The notes: a model not told the origin generated them from the sequence alone. Positions 15,236 through 25,782 are shown, counted from the first letter of the stretch. The stretch: DNA of 32,000 nucleotides from Kiritimatiella glycovorans (GCF_001017655.1 NZ_CP010904.1:2730001-2762000), one strand, 5' to 3'. Numbers and translations are program-made.

Positions 15236-18067
15236 ATGGCCTCTCCCTTCAGCGGCGCGCACTGGATCTGGTGCGCCCGGAACGATCCGCATGCCTATAA
15301 CCAGACCGTATGCTTCCGCAGAACCTTCAGTACGCGGCAGCCCGAGCAGGCCGTGCTGCGCATTACGGCCGACAGCGCCTACCGGCTTTACGTCAACGGG
15401 ACATGGGTTGAGGACGGCCCCGCACGCGCCTGGCCGGAACACTACCAGTACGACGAACTCGACGTGACCAACCTGCTCAGGGACGGAGAAAACAGGATCG
15501 AGGTCACGGCACGCTATTTCGGCGTCGGCACGATGCACCAGATCCCGCGGCAGGGCGGCCTGATTGCACGGATCGACCTGACCCGCCGCGGAAGGACCGA
15601 ATCGATCGTCACCGACCGCGAATGGGAGGCCTCGCCCTCGTTCGGGCACGAACCGCGAACCCCCAAGGTCGGTATCCAGATGGAGCCGGTTGAAGAGTAT
15701 GATGCGCGCCTGGCCGCAGTATCGGACTTCCAGCCCGCCGTGGAACAGTATGCCGCGACACGCGGTCCGTGGAAGGACCTCGTGCCGCGCAAAACCCCCG
15801 CGCTCACGCGCCGGCCGCGCAAACCGTCCTCCTTCCGGGAGGCCCTCCGCGTCCGCCGCGGCCGGCCGCGGCACTGCGTGCCCGTCGCGCAGCTCGCCAA
15901 CCCCGGCGTCATCGAATCCAACCGCAACTCGGGCACCCCCGTGATCCTCGCCTCCGTGCTCGAGGTCAGACGGAAGACCCGCTACGACTTCACCTCCGAC
16001 CACTGGCAGACGGTCGTGAACGGAAAACGCCTCAAGACCGGAAAGGTCACGCTCCAGCCCGGCCGACACGCCGTCGTCTTTTTCAGCCGGACGCTCTGCG
16101 AATCCGGCCATGAAAAGGAATTCCCCTTTCCGTTCCTGTATCCCGAACACGCCCGCTGGCGCGCCCCCGACCCCGACGCGCCGGAACGGACCTGGCTGCT
16201 CGCCGTGGTCGCGGACTGCCGCATCGTGGAGACCGACATGATATGGGCGGATTTCTGTCATCCGGAGGTCGAACAGGCCGAAAAACGGTGGGCGGAAAAG
16301 TCCGCTTCCATCGCGACGGCCTGCCGGAATCCCGAATCGCTTGTGCCCGCTCTCGCAGCACACCTGCGCGATGTGGAGGACGACGAAATCTTCTTCGGCG
16401 ACTTCACCGCCGAATTCCAGGAACGCGATCCTCTCGGTTCCGCCGCGCGCAGCGTGGACCGCGGCGGGGCCGTGTGTCGCGGCGGACAGGGGCGGACGGT
16501 GCTCCGGCCGCCCCGCGGCGCCGACCTGGAGCTATGCTACGACATGGGCGAGGAGACCTGCGGATATTTCGAATTCACCGTCAAGGCGGACGAAGGGGTG
16601 ATCCTCGATCTCCACGCGGTCGAATACATTCGCGACGACGGGGTCATCCAGCATACCCATGCCAACCGGAACGGCGTGCGCTACGTGACGAAGAAGGGCG
16701 TGAACCGCTTTATTTCGCTCAAACGCCGCGCCGGGCGCTACCTGTTCCTCACGATCCGGAACCAGCATGCCGCGGTGGAACTGCGCCGGCTGCGCGTCAT
16801 CGAATCGACCGCCCCCGTCGAACCCGTCGCCGTCTTCCGGTCGGACGACCCGCAGCTCGACCGCATCCACGCGGTCGCCGAACGCACGCTCAAGCTCTGT
16901 ATGGAGGACACCTTCACCGACTGCCCGCTCTATGAGCAGGTCTACTGGGTCGGCGACGGGCGCAACGAGGCGCTCTACGCCTACGCGACGTACGGGGATA
17001 CGGCGGTTTCGCGCAACGGGCTGGAGCTCGGCGCGGAGTCGCTGGAACGTTTCCCGATCACCGGCTGCCAGATCCCCTCCTCGTGGACGGTGCTGCTTCC
17101 GGCATGGAGCTTCCTGTGGGGCATGCAGGTGTGGGAGTATTACGCCTATACGGGAGATCGCAGGTTCCTGAAACGCCTCTGGCCCGCCGTCCTTGAGAAC
17201 CTCGAGGGCGCCCACGGGTACCTCGATGAACACGGACTGTTCAGCGCCGCCCACTGGAACCTGCTGGAGTGGGCGCCGATCGATGACGGCCACCGCACGG
17301 TGCTGCACAACAGCATGCTGATGGTCGGGGCGTACGACGCGGCCATCCGCTGCGCCGGGGCGTTGAACGACGACCGGGCGCGTCGCCGGCTGAAGCGGCG
17401 CCGCAACGCGCTGGCGCGCGCCGTCAACGCCTGGTGGGATGAAACCCGGAACAGCTATCCCGACAGCGTGCATGAAGACGGCACCCCGAGCCCGAAGATC
17501 TCCCAACATACCTCCATGCTCGCGATCATGTGCGACGTCATCCCGGACGAACACCGCGAACAGGCGCTCGAGAACCTGCTCCATCCGCCACGGGGCATGA
17601 CGCGGATCGGTTCGCCCTTCGCACTCCAGTTCTACTACGAGGCGCTTGAAAAATGCGGCCGCTACGAGGCCATCCTCAAAGGCATCCGCGAGCAGTTCGG
17701 GCCGATGATTGAACAGGGCGCCACCACGCTGTGGGAGACGTTCGCCAACAGCACCTGCTCTCCCGAAGGATTTCCCACCAGGAGCCACTGCCACGCCTGG
17801 TCAGCCAGCCCGCTGTACTTCCTGAACCGGATCGCCCTCGGCATCCGCCCGGAAGGCGTCGGCAGCCGCGCGTTCACCGTCAGTCCCTGGATCGGCGGCC
17901 TCGAAAAGGCGCAGGGCGCGACGGCCACCCCGCACGGACCCGTCAGGGTGTCGTGGAAGCGGCGTGGAGAAACCCTGCGCATCCGGATCGATGCCCCGGA
18001 AAACATCGATATCCGATTCGTGCCGAATCAGTCGATGGACGGGCTGGAGGTCGAGATCGACCGGTAA
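15236..18067 (+). CDS. Six-hairpin glycoside hydrolase, GH78 (alpha-L-rhamnosidase)-like
   Basis: 943 aa. It has an N-terminal AHWIW-type beta-sandwich start, a central CMEDTFTDCPLYEQVYWVGDGRNE segment, and a C-terminal RSHCHAWSASPLYFL segment. These resemble bacterial rhamnosidase six-hairpin domains. Family assignment is from memory, not from a search. Confidence 0.55.
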   Translation: MASPFSGAHWIWCARNDPHAYNQTVCFRRTFSTRQPEQAVLRITADSAYRLYVNGTWVEDGPARAWPEHYQYDELDVTNLLRDGENRIEVTARYFGVGTMHQIPRQGGLIARIDLTRRGRTESIVTDREWEASPSFGHEPRTPKVGIQMEPVEEYDARLAAVSDFQPAVEQYAATRGPWKDLVPRKTPALTRRPRKPSSFREALRVRRGRPRHCVPVAQLANPGVIESNRNSGTPVILASVLEVRRKTRYDFTSDHWQTVVNGKRLKTGKVTLQPGRHAVVFFSRTLCESGHEKEFPFPFLYPEHARWRAPDPDAPERTWLLAVVADCRIVETDMIWADFCHPEVEQAEKRWAEKSASIATACRNPESLVPALAAHLRDVEDDEIFFGDFTAEFQERDPLGSAARSVDRGGAVCRGGQGRTVLRPPRGADLELCYDMGEETCGYFEFTVKADEGVILDLHAVEYIRDDGVIQHTHANRNGVRYVTKKGVNRFISLKRRAGRYLFLTIRNQHAAVELRRLRVIESTAPVEPVAVFRSDDPQLDRIHAVAERTLKLCMEDTFTDCPLYEQVYWVGDGRNEALYAYATYGDTAVSRNGLELGAESLERFPITGCQIPSSWTVLLPAWSFLWGMQVWEYYAYTGDRRFLKRLWPAVLENLEGAHGYLDEHGLFSAAHWNLLEWAPIDDGHRTVLHNSMLMVGAYDAAIRCAGALNDDRARRRLKRRRNALARAVNAWWDETRNSYPDSVHEDGTPSPKISQHTSMLAIMCDVIPDEHREQALENLLHPPRGMTRIGSPFALQFYYEALEKCGRYEAILKGIREQFGPMIEQGATTLWETFANSTCSPEGFPTRSHCHAWSASPLYFLNRIALGIRPEGVGSRAFTVSPWIGGLEKAQGATATPHGPVRVSWKRRGETLRIRIDAPENIDIRFVPNQSMDGLEVEIDR

Positions 18068-18091
18068 AAAGCTGCGTCCAATTTACACCTC

Positions 18092-18123
18092 ACCGTAAAG
18101 CAGTCGTGACTTTTTTTACGGTA
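18092..18123. terminator. Candidate bidirectional terminator hairpin between convergent genes
   Basis: ACCGTAAA...(T)7ACGGT can pair ACCGTAAA with TTTACGGT next to a T7 run. It lies in the 61-nt gap between the GH78-like stop (18067) and the sulfatase stop (18129). The loop is long, so support is modest. Confidence 0.35.
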
Positions 18124-18128
18124 CGGGT

Positions 18129-19664
18129 TCAGTCCCGCAGCGGGTCGAAGTCGGCGCCCGCGCTTTCGGGTTCTTCGGGAACGGAGTCCAGGTAGCCGGG
18201 AATACGAATGCGGCCTTTGAAGCAGGGGGGGTCCTGCACGATCAGGCCGGCATCGGGGTCGTCGGCCAGCTCGACCGGTTCCTTCGCGATCCAGCCGTCG
18301 TCGCCGACGATCTTCTCCCCGCCCGGGAGCGCGCGCAGGTGACGCTGCAGGCGCGCCCGCGCATCGAGCACGATGTCGGCGCAGACGATATTATATGCGC
18401 GGTTCCGCGTCTCCCGCGGGTCCCGCACGCGGTCAAAGAGGAATTCCCTGTCGTCCGGCGCCGAATAGATGTATTTCCAGCGCTCGCTGACCGCCATGTA
18501 AATCCCGGCCCGGGCGTCCTGATACTGTCCGAACACCCATTCGCGGTCGCCGGCCCCGGACGCGATCTCCGCCAGGTCCACCCCGTCCATGGCCTCCGCA
18601 TCCGAGCCCGCCGCGGCGAGAAACGTCGGCATCAGGTCGATCAGCGATACCGGCCGCCGACAGACCGCGCCCGTGTCGAAACGCGCCGGGTAGCGGCATA
18701 GCATCGGCACCCGCGCCGCCGGGTCGAGGAAGCTCCGCTTCCCGAAGCAGTTGTAATCGCCGAGAAACTCGCCGTGGTCGGACGTGAAAACGATCAGCGT
18801 GTCGTCCAGCTCGCCTTTCCGTTCGAGCACCTCGAGCGTGCGGCCCACCTGCGCGTCGATAAACGAAATCGAGGCCCAGTAATAGGCCTTGATCAGCCGC
18901 ACCAGCGCGGTGTCGCGCCCGGTATCACGGCCCTTGTACCGATTTTGAATGCGGTTGGTGTACGTGGTGAGCTTCTCCATGTCCGGAGGGAGATTGGGCA
19001 GCGGCATGTCCGGTCCGCGGTGAATCTTGTGCCAGGGGGTCGGCGGCGAGAACGGCGGGTGAGGGTGAATATAACTGCTGAACAGGAAAAACGGCCGATC
19101 CTTACCCGCGTTCTCCTCGAGCCATTTCACCGTCCGGTCGCCGACCCACTGCGTCGGATGGTGCTGCGGCGGCACCGGCGAAAGCTGCGGCACGTAATAC
19201 GCCGCCCCGCGAACACCATACGGCTCAATCGCATACTCGCAGCCCTGTTTCCTGAGATAACAGAGGTAGTCGTCGCGCGACGCGTCGTCGACCAGCTCCT
19301 CCTGCGTCTCCCTCGACTCCAATCCCCGCATCGCATGAGGATCCGGGGTAAAATGCATCTTGCCGATCCCGTGCGTCCGGTAACCGGCGCCGGTCAGCGC
19401 GCTCATCATGCTGCGCCGCCCGTCCTCCGGCATGGAGAAGTTGTTTTCAAAGCACCCCGTATTTCCCGGATGCTGACCGTAAATCATGGAACAGCGGGCC
19501 GGAACACAGACGGGACAGGGCGAATAGGCCGCGTCGAAGCGCACCCCCTCCCGCGCCAGCCGATCGAGATTCGGAGTCCGCACATACGGATTTCCGCCCG
19601 CGGCGATCGTGTCCCAGCGCTGCTGGTCCGTGAATATCAGCAGGATGTTCGGCTTTCTGCTCAT
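18129..19664 (-). CDS. S1-family sulfatase (formylglycine-dependent)
   Basis: 511 aa. N-terminal PNILLIFTDQQRWD and the C-x-P-x-R formylglycine motif in CPVCVPARCSMIYG. Also HGIGKMHF and FTSDHGEFLGD sulfatase motifs. GGAGG RBS upstream. Confidence 0.85.
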   Translation of the reverse strand: MSRKPNILLIFTDQQRWDTIAAGGNPYVRTPNLDRLAREGVRFDAAYSPCPVCVPARCSMIYGQHPGNTGCFENNFSMPEDGRRSMMSALTGAGYRTHGIGKMHFTPDPHAMRGLESRETQEELVDDASRDDYLCYLRKQGCEYAIEPYGVRGAAYYVPQLSPVPPQHHPTQWVGDRTVKWLEENAGKDRPFFLFSSYIHPHPPFSPPTPWHKIHRGPDMPLPNLPPDMEKLTTYTNRIQNRYKGRDTGRDTALVRLIKAYYWASISFIDAQVGRTLEVLERKGELDDTLIVFTSDHGEFLGDYNCFGKRSFLDPAARVPMLCRYPARFDTGAVCRRPVSLIDLMPTFLAAAGSDAEAMDGVDLAEIASGAGDREWVFGQYQDARAGIYMAVSERWKYIYSAPDDREFLFDRVRDPRETRNRAYNIVCADIVLDARARLQRHLRALPGGEKIVGDDGWIAKEPVELADDPDAGLIVQDPPCFKGRIRIPGYLDSVPEEPESAGADFDPLRD

Positions 19665-19743
19665 GAAACGCCTCCAATATAGAAATAGAAACTTAGCGAA
19701 ACCCGGGACCCCCTACAAGAATTGAATGGCAAATCATTCCCCA

Positions 19744-21459
19744 TCATTCCGGTCGGGACGCTGCTCCGGAGAGGTTCTCCCGGGCGCGGTCGATAAGCCG
19801 GTCCAGCCGGCGATCGTAAGCTGCAATCAATTCACTCTCTTCTCGCAGCTCGGCCGCGTAGTCGATCAGAAAGTCGAAGGCGGCGCGGGCCTGATCGCTT
19901 TCCTTCGTAAGTTTCAGGTAGGCTTCGATCAGCGGGAACACCTTGCTGCCCTGTTCCACCTGATCCTCGAGCATCTTCTCCAGATCTTCGCGGGCCCGCA
20001 CCGGCCCGACGCGCGCGGCCGTGTGGCGCACCAGCTCAAGTCCCAGCTCGCGCGTCAGATCGTCACGGCCGTCATCGCTCACCCTGGACAGAAGCATGCG
20101 AATAAGCTCCCGGGCACGCTCGTGTCCGCCCGTCTCCCGGAGCACGCCCGCGCGGGCGCGCACCGCTTCGACATAGGTATCCGTGTACTTCCGGAACGCC
20201 TCCGCCTTGGCGGCCAGCGTCTCCTGCAGCTCGTCGAGGTCGCCGCGTTCACGCAGGATCTCGAGTTCGATGTCCCACGGGCGTTCGTAGCGGTCGACCA
20301 GTTCGCGCGCCCGGCGCGCCAGCCCCAGCGCCGCCCCGCGCTCGTCTTCGCGCACGAGCAGTTCGGCGACCTGCGAGCAGCGCCGCGCCCAGGTGAATTT
20401 GTCCGTGTGCAACTCGTGCTCGCAGGTATAGGCGATCTCGTGGTCTTTCATCCGAAGGTCGGTCTGCGGATCGACCGCGTACCCGGTGGTGTAGAACTGG
20501 TTCTCGTACCGGCCCACGTCGAGTTCCCATTCCTCGGGCCGCTTCATGTACGAAAACCACGCGTGCCCGCCGCTGCGGCCCATCGCGTTAAAATAGATCG
20601 CGGGGATTCCGTGTGCCCGTGCGGTCATCACGGCGAAAAAGGCCTGGTCGACGCAGATGCCCCCGCGCCGCCAGATGTCGTCGAGCGCGTAGCGCCCGTG
20701 AGGCCAGTCGTACTGTTCGGCCTCAAGCCGGTCATGATCATAGCTGATCTGATGGAATTTCTCGCCCCACTTGGAGGCGCGGCCCTCGACGCGGTCCCGG
20801 GCCCAGTACAGCTCTTCCAGCGGCACGGGTGTATCCACAACGAATACCAGGTCGCGTGCGCTCAGATCCGCGTAATTCTGTTCCGCCCCGCCGGAGGCAT
20901 ACAGGTCACGGAAATAATCGTACCGCTCCGCAACCCGCGCCTCGTACTCCGGCGGGCGCGGCCCCATCTGGTGATGGATCGGCGTGCGGTCGGTCCGGTC
21001 CCAGACCACGGCCATCGCAAAGATCAGCCGGTCAAAGCTGTCGCGCCGGTCCGGATCGTGCCTGTACAGCCGGGTGATGATCTCCCACATCCGGCCACGG
21101 TCGTCGTGTTCGCTCACGAGACCCGCGAGCGAGCGCAGCCTCGACTCCTCCGCCAGCACCCAAGCGGGCACGTCACGAGGCACCTCGTGATCTTCGAGCA
21201 GCCTGAGGAGTTCGACCGCGTCGGCAATGACCGCCGCGCGCTCCAGTTCGGTCCGCCCCGGCCGGCTGCGCTCGGCAAACGCCGAGGCCACGAACCGGCT
21301 CATCTTTTCAATCCCCGCCTCCCGGCGTTCCCTCGGAAGAAAGTCGACCACGCCCTGCCTCACCGCTTCGGACGAAGGCATCCCCGGCGAGGCGAGCGCG
21401 CCTGCAATCAGCATCAACCCGCTCAACGCGACCCGCCCCTGTACGATCTTCGTGCGCAT
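19744..21459 (-). CDS. Secreted transglutaminase-like (Cys-His-Asp core) domain protein
   Basis: 571 aa with an N-terminal signal-like segment (MRTKIVQGRVALSGLMLIAGALASPG). A transglutaminase-core pattern is present: GGICVDQAFFAVMTARAHGIPA ... GGHAWFSY. Confidence 0.65.
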   Translation of the reverse strand: MRTKIVQGRVALSGLMLIAGALASPGMPSSEAVRQGVVDFLPRERREAGIEKMSRFVASAFAERSRPGRTELERAAVIADAVELLRLLEDHEVPRDVPAWVLAEESRLRSLAGLVSEHDDRGRMWEIITRLYRHDPDRRDSFDRLIFAMAVVWDRTDRTPIHHQMGPRPPEYEARVAERYDYFRDLYASGGAEQNYADLSARDLVFVVDTPVPLEELYWARDRVEGRASKWGEKFHQISYDHDRLEAEQYDWPHGRYALDDIWRRGGICVDQAFFAVMTARAHGIPAIYFNAMGRSGGHAWFSYMKRPEEWELDVGRYENQFYTTGYAVDPQTDLRMKDHEIAYTCEHELHTDKFTWARRCSQVAELLVREDERGAALGLARRARELVDRYERPWDIELEILRERGDLDELQETLAAKAEAFRKYTDTYVEAVRARAGVLRETGGHERARELIRMLLSRVSDDGRDDLTRELGLELVRHTAARVGPVRAREDLEKMLEDQVEQGSKVFPLIEAYLKLTKESDQARAAFDFLIDYAAELREESELIAAYDRRLDRLIDRARENLSGAASRPE

Positions 21460-21466
21460 ATCCTGT

Positions 21467-22792
21467 TCAGACCTCCTCCGCCGTTACACCCTCGCCGCAC
21501 GAAGACTTTACCCGGACGGTGGCGACCTGTCCACGCGCGGCTCCCCGCATACGACATTCCGCCGGCACGTAACGTTCGGTCATTCCGCGGAAGTCTGCGG
21601 GACGAAGGCCGGACGCGCTTTCGCCGACGGTCCGTTCCAGCAGGACGCGGACCTCCCGGCCCTCGAACTGCGCGTGATAGGCCGCCGACAGTTCAGCCCC
21701 CAGCGCCCGCAGACGAGCGGCCCGCCGCGCGGTCTCGTCCGGGGATACCCTGCGACCCATCTTCGCCGCGCGCGTCCCCGGCCGCACGGAGAAGGGGAAC
21801 ACGTGCATCCTCGAAAAGCCCGTCCCGCGGCAGAGTTCCATGGTCCGCGCGAAATCCGCCTCCGTCTCCCCGGGAAAACCGACGATCACGTCCGTGGTGA
21901 TCGCAGGATTCTCCCGCGCCGCGCGCATCCGGGCGACCGCCGCGCGGAATTGCGCGCCGTCGTACCCCCGTCCCATCGCCGCGAGCACCGCGTCCGAACC
22001 CGACTGCAGGGGCAGGTGCACGTGCGGCATCAGCTTGCCCGTCCGCGACCAGAACTCGAGCAGCGGGTCCGTCAGTTCAGAGGGGTGGAGACTGCTCAGG
22101 CGTACGCGCGCCACGTCCTCCATCCGGGTCAGCGGATCGAGCACCTCCCGCAGGTCGTATCCTCCGTCCCGTCCGTAAAGCCCCACGCTGATGCCGGTGA
22201 CGACGATCTCCCGATGACCCCTGCCCGCGAGTTCGCGCGCCTCTGCGAGGACTTCCCCGGGCGGGCGGTCGCGCGGCGTCCCGCGCAGAGACGGCACGAT
22301 GCAGTACGCGCAGCCGAGATCGCATCCGTCCTGGATCTTGAGAAAAGCGCGGATCTGGCGCGGGTCGGAGGCGCGCACGGGCCCGCCGGCGACACGCCCC
22401 AGTCCGGCCCCGTCCAGCGCGGTCTCCAACCGTTCTCTCCACCCCGGACCGGCAGGGACGCGCACGGGGTCCGGTTTCAGTTCCCCCGTAAGCGCTTCGC
22501 CGGCCGCGCACCCGGAGAGCAGCAGCCTGTCCGGCTCCTCTTTCGCCAGCCTGCGAAGGGCCTGGCGCGTCTTGCGCACCGCCTCGGCGGTCACCGCGCA
22601 CGAGTGCAGTACCGCGACCGCGGTGCTTTCGCCGCGACCCGCCTCCCTGAGCCCACGTGCGCTCAACGCCCCGCGGATCTCCTCCGCCTCGCACTGGTTG
22701 ACCTTGCATCCGAGCACGCGCACACGAAACGGGAGGGCGCCGCCGAAGGCAGACGCGGGCGGCTGAGTTATGTCGTGGTGTGTCCGGGTCAT
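21467..22792 (-). CDS. mtaB: Radical-SAM methylthiotransferase MtaB (tRNA t6A37 methylthiolation)
   Basis: N-terminal UPF0004 domain (VRVLGCKVNQCEAEEI), radical-SAM cluster motif CDLGCAYC, and a C-terminal TRAM-like segment. The ATG at 22792 (MTRTHH...) is preferred to the track start at 22843. Confidence 0.8.
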   Translation of the reverse strand: MTRTHHDITQPPASAFGGALPFRVRVLGCKVNQCEAEEIRGALSARGLREAGRGESTAVAVLHSCAVTAEAVRKTRQALRRLAKEEPDRLLLSGCAAGEALTGELKPDPVRVPAGPGWRERLETALDGAGLGRVAGGPVRASDPRQIRAFLKIQDGCDLGCAYCIVPSLRGTPRDRPPGEVLAEARELAGRGHREIVVTGISVGLYGRDGGYDLREVLDPLTRMEDVARVRLSSLHPSELTDPLLEFWSRTGKLMPHVHLPLQSGSDAVLAAMGRGYDGAQFRAAVARMRAARENPAITTDVIVGFPGETEADFARTMELCRGTGFSRMHVFPFSVRPGTRAAKMGRRVSPDETARRAARLRALGAELSAAYHAQFEGREVRVLLERTVGESASGLRPADFRGMTERYVPAECRMRGAARGQVATVRVKSSCGEGVTAEEV

Positions 22793-22970
22793 GGACCTCG
22801 CCTTCAAATTACACCGGGGTCCGCGCCCGGCGGGAGCTAACACGATATCGACAGGGCGCGGTTTGTAAAGAACGCGCCAAGATTATACGAGCCCCCTGAT
22901 TTCTGCGGAAGATCCGCTATCCTGTTTTCATCCGCACGGCGATCCGCTACTCTTCGCGCGGAGTACCGAT

Positions 22971-24650
22971 ATGCTGAATACCCTGCGCATCCGCAACCTG
23001 GCCCTGGTCGACGAGGCGGATATCGAGTTCCGCCGCGGACTCAATGTCATCACGGGAGAAACCGGCGCCGGGAAGTCGCTGTTGATCGGAGCCCTCAAGC
23101 TGCTGCTGGGCGAGCGCGCCGACCGCTCGATGATCCGCACCGGCGAGACGCGCGCCTCAGCCGAAGCCGTGTTTCAGCTCGACGACCCGTCCGCCGTGGA
23201 CGCCCTCCTGGAGGACCGGGGTCTCGCCCCGTGCGAAGACGGCCGGCTGATTATACGCCGCGTCATCCGCGACTCCGGATCGGGGCAGAACACCGTAAAC
23301 GACGGGGCGGTCACGCTGCAGGTCCTTAAGAGCATCGGCGATCTGCTGGTGGACATGCACGGGCCGCACGACCACCAGTCGCTGCTCCGCCCGGAGATCC
23401 AGCGCGAGGTCCTCGACGCCTTCGGGCGGCTCGACGAGCCGCTGCGCGCCTGCCGCGAGGCCTTCCGCGCATGGCGTCAGGCGAAGGATGAGCGGGAGGA
23501 ACTGGAGCGGCGCGCCTCGGGCGATCCCTCGCAACGGATCGACTTTCTCTCCTACCAGCTCGAAGAGGTCGAGCAGGCGAATCTCTCGGAGGAGGACGAG
23601 GCTCGGGTCCGTGAAGAGCACACCATGCTCGCCAACGCACAGGAAGTGCTTCAGCACGCCCGGACCGCCTGCCAGGCCCTGACGGAAGGCGAGCCGTGCG
23701 CCTTCGACGCGCTGGCGGCCGCGCAACGCGAGCTCAACGCCCTTGCGCGCCTCGTTCCCGAGGCGGAGTCGTCGCGCGCGGAACTGGAGGAGATTTCCGC
23801 CCGGGTCCAGGAACTGAGCCGCGCCGTGGCCGACCGGGCCGGGGGCATGGAGGCCGGGCCGGAGCGGATGCAGTGGCTGGAGGAGCGGCTCGCCACCTAC
23901 CAGTCGCTGCAGCGCAAACACCGCGCGGACGTCCCCGCCCTGCTCGAGATGGCCGGACAGTGGCGCGAGGAGCTGGCGGCGCTGGAGCGGATCGACGAGG
24001 AGCGCGCGGAGATCGACCGGCGGATCGAGGAGCGGTACTCCACCATGATGCGGCGCGGCGTCGAGCTGCACAGGCAGCGCGCCGAGGCCGCCGACCGGCT
24101 GTCGGAGTCGATCACCCGCGAACTGGCGGGTTTGGGCTTCCCACACGGTTTTTTTGACGTCGCCGTCCATGAGAGCGAGCCGGGGCCGTACGGGACGGAC
24201 ACGGTCGAATTCGGGTTCGCGCCGAACCCCGGCGAGGAGATGCGGCCGATGAGCGCGATCGCTTCGAGCGGCGAGATCTCACGCGTAATGCTGGCCGTCA
24301 AGACGGTGCTGGCGCGTCACGACCTGATACCGCTGCTGGTCTTCGACGAGATCGACGCCAACGTGGGCGGCGAACTGGCTCACGCGGTCGGCGACCGTCT
24401 GGCACGCGTGGCCGCGACGCACCAGGTGCTCTGCATCACCCACCTCGCCCAGGTGGCCGCCTGCGGCACGACCCATCTCGCCGTCCGCAAGACCGTCCGC
24501 GACGGACGCACTTATACGGCCGTCGCACCGCTCGACGAACAGGCGCGCGTCGACGAGATCACGCGAATGATGGGCGGAGCGGAACGCAGCGCCGCCGCGG
24601 GTCGGCACGCCGCCGAACTGCTCGAATCCGCCCGCGACGCCTCCCGCTGA
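22971..24650 (+). CDS. recN: DNA repair protein RecN
   Basis: 559 aa. MLNTLRIRNLALVDEADIEFRRGLNVITGETGAGKSLLIGAL (Walker A), a long coiled-coil middle, and C-terminal SGGEISRVMLA and LLVFDEIDANVGG SMC-like motifs. Confidence 0.9.
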   Translation: MLNTLRIRNLALVDEADIEFRRGLNVITGETGAGKSLLIGALKLLLGERADRSMIRTGETRASAEAVFQLDDPSAVDALLEDRGLAPCEDGRLIIRRVIRDSGSGQNTVNDGAVTLQVLKSIGDLLVDMHGPHDHQSLLRPEIQREVLDAFGRLDEPLRACREAFRAWRQAKDEREELERRASGDPSQRIDFLSYQLEEVEQANLSEEDEARVREEHTMLANAQEVLQHARTACQALTEGEPCAFDALAAAQRELNALARLVPEAESSRAELEEISARVQELSRAVADRAGGMEAGPERMQWLEERLATYQSLQRKHRADVPALLEMAGQWREELAALERIDEERAEIDRRIEERYSTMMRRGVELHRQRAEAADRLSESITRELAGLGFPHGFFDVAVHESEPGPYGTDTVEFGFAPNPGEEMRPMSAIASSGEISRVMLAVKTVLARHDLIPLLVFDEIDANVGGELAHAVGDRLARVAATHQVLCITHLAQVAACGTTHLAVRKTVRDGRTYTAVAPLDEQARVDEITRMMGGAERSAAAGRHAAELLESARDASR

Positions 24651-24711
24651 GGGGGCGGCGGCACATTCCGGCACTCGACATGCACGGCGCCCTGGCCCAT
24701 CATGTACGGCG

Positions 24712-25590
24712 ATGCCGGATCGCAACAAATCCTGGTTCTGCTATCTGCCGGTGACCCCGGAGGCACAGGACTGGGGATTATATGTGCTCGACGCGGGATA
24801 CACGCTGATCCCTCCCCATACGCCGTATCCGCCCCACCAGCACCCGGAGGATCACCATTTCAGGTGGGAGCTGGGACGGACCCTGGATTCCTATACGCTC
24901 GTCTACATCACCCGCGGGGGCGGGGTCTTCGACTCGGTGCGCGGCGGCGAGCAGCGCATCTCGGCGGGCGATCTCTTCATCCTGTTTCCCGGCGAATGGC
25001 ACCGCTACCGCCCCGACGCCGAGACCGGATGGGACGAGCACTGGGTGGAGTTCGACGGCGAACAGGCGCGTCGTATTATGAGCCACACGGGATTTACGCC
25101 GCGCAAGCCTGTGATTCAGGTCGGGGAGGACGACGAGTTGCTGCGACTGTTTCTCGAGATCGCCGAGGCGACGGAAACCCAGCCCTACGGATTTGAACAC
25201 GTGATCGCCGCAAAAACCTCGCAGATCGTCGCCTGCGCTCTCGCCGACCTGCGCCGTGGTGAATTCGCCGACCGCGAAAACGAGAAACTGATCCGCCGTG
25301 CGCGCGCCTACCTGATCGAGCACATGGACACCCCCGTCGATTACCGCGAACTCGCCTGCATGCTGGGACTCAGTTACTCCGCTTTTCGCCGCCTTTTCAA
25401 GCAGTTCACGGGGCTGCCGCCCGGCCGCTACCAGCGCGCCCTGCGCATTCGCAGGGCCGGCGATATGCTGCGCCGCACACGCCTTCCCATCGGGGAGATT
25501 GCCGAGCGGCTCGGATTCGAGTCGATCTACTACTTTTCGCGCGTTTTTAAGAAAGAGACCGGACGTGCCCCCAGCGAGTGCCGCGAGTAA
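24712..25590 (+). CDS. AraC-family transcriptional regulator (cupin sensor plus HTH)
   Basis: 292 aa with an N-terminal cupin-like sensor. The C-terminal double HTH (LACMLGLSYSAFRRLFKQFTG ... IGEIAERLGFESIYYFSRVFKKETGRAPSE) is typical of AraC/XylS regulators. Confidence 0.85.
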   Translation: MPDRNKSWFCYLPVTPEAQDWGLYVLDAGYTLIPPHTPYPPHQHPEDHHFRWELGRTLDSYTLVYITRGGGVFDSVRGGEQRISAGDLFILFPGEWHRYRPDAETGWDEHWVEFDGEQARRIMSHTGFTPRKPVIQVGEDDELLRLFLEIAEATETQPYGFEHVIAAKTSQIVACALADLRRGEFADRENEKLIRRARAYLIEHMDTPVDYRELACMLGLSYSAFRRLFKQFTGLPPGRYQRALRIRRAGDMLRRTRLPIGEIAERLGFESIYYFSRVFKKETGRAPSECRE

Positions 25591-25735
25591 CGTCGCGATC
25601 GCGAGGAGAGAATGGGATTAACCATATTGGTTGAGGGGGGGAGTAAGAATCAGAATCGGGATCGGGATTCACAGAGAACATGATTCGTACTCGGAGCGCC
25701 GAAGGCGCGATCCCACTTCCCCTGTTCAAGGAATT

Positions 25736-25782
25736 CGAGTACGAGTACCGCTTCGCTGAGTACGAGTGCGAGTACGAGTACG
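25736..25782. repeat. Interrupted hexanucleotide tract (CGAGTA/GAGTAC)n
   Basis: CGAGTACGAGTAC-CGCTTCGCT-GAGTACGAGTGCGAGTACGAGTAC. A further hexamer-phased tract lies at 25641-25670 (GAGTAAGAATCAGAATCGGGATCGGGATTC). A TTGAAACTTGAAGG motif follows at 25807-25820. Confidence 0.7.

Noticed and set aside
25593-25604. Perfect 12-bp palindrome TCGCGATCGCGA just after the AraC stop, considered as a terminator or an IS target.
   Set aside because: It has no loop and no T-tract. Short GC palindromes are common at this composition. No second copy flanks the IS right end, so it is not a target duplication.
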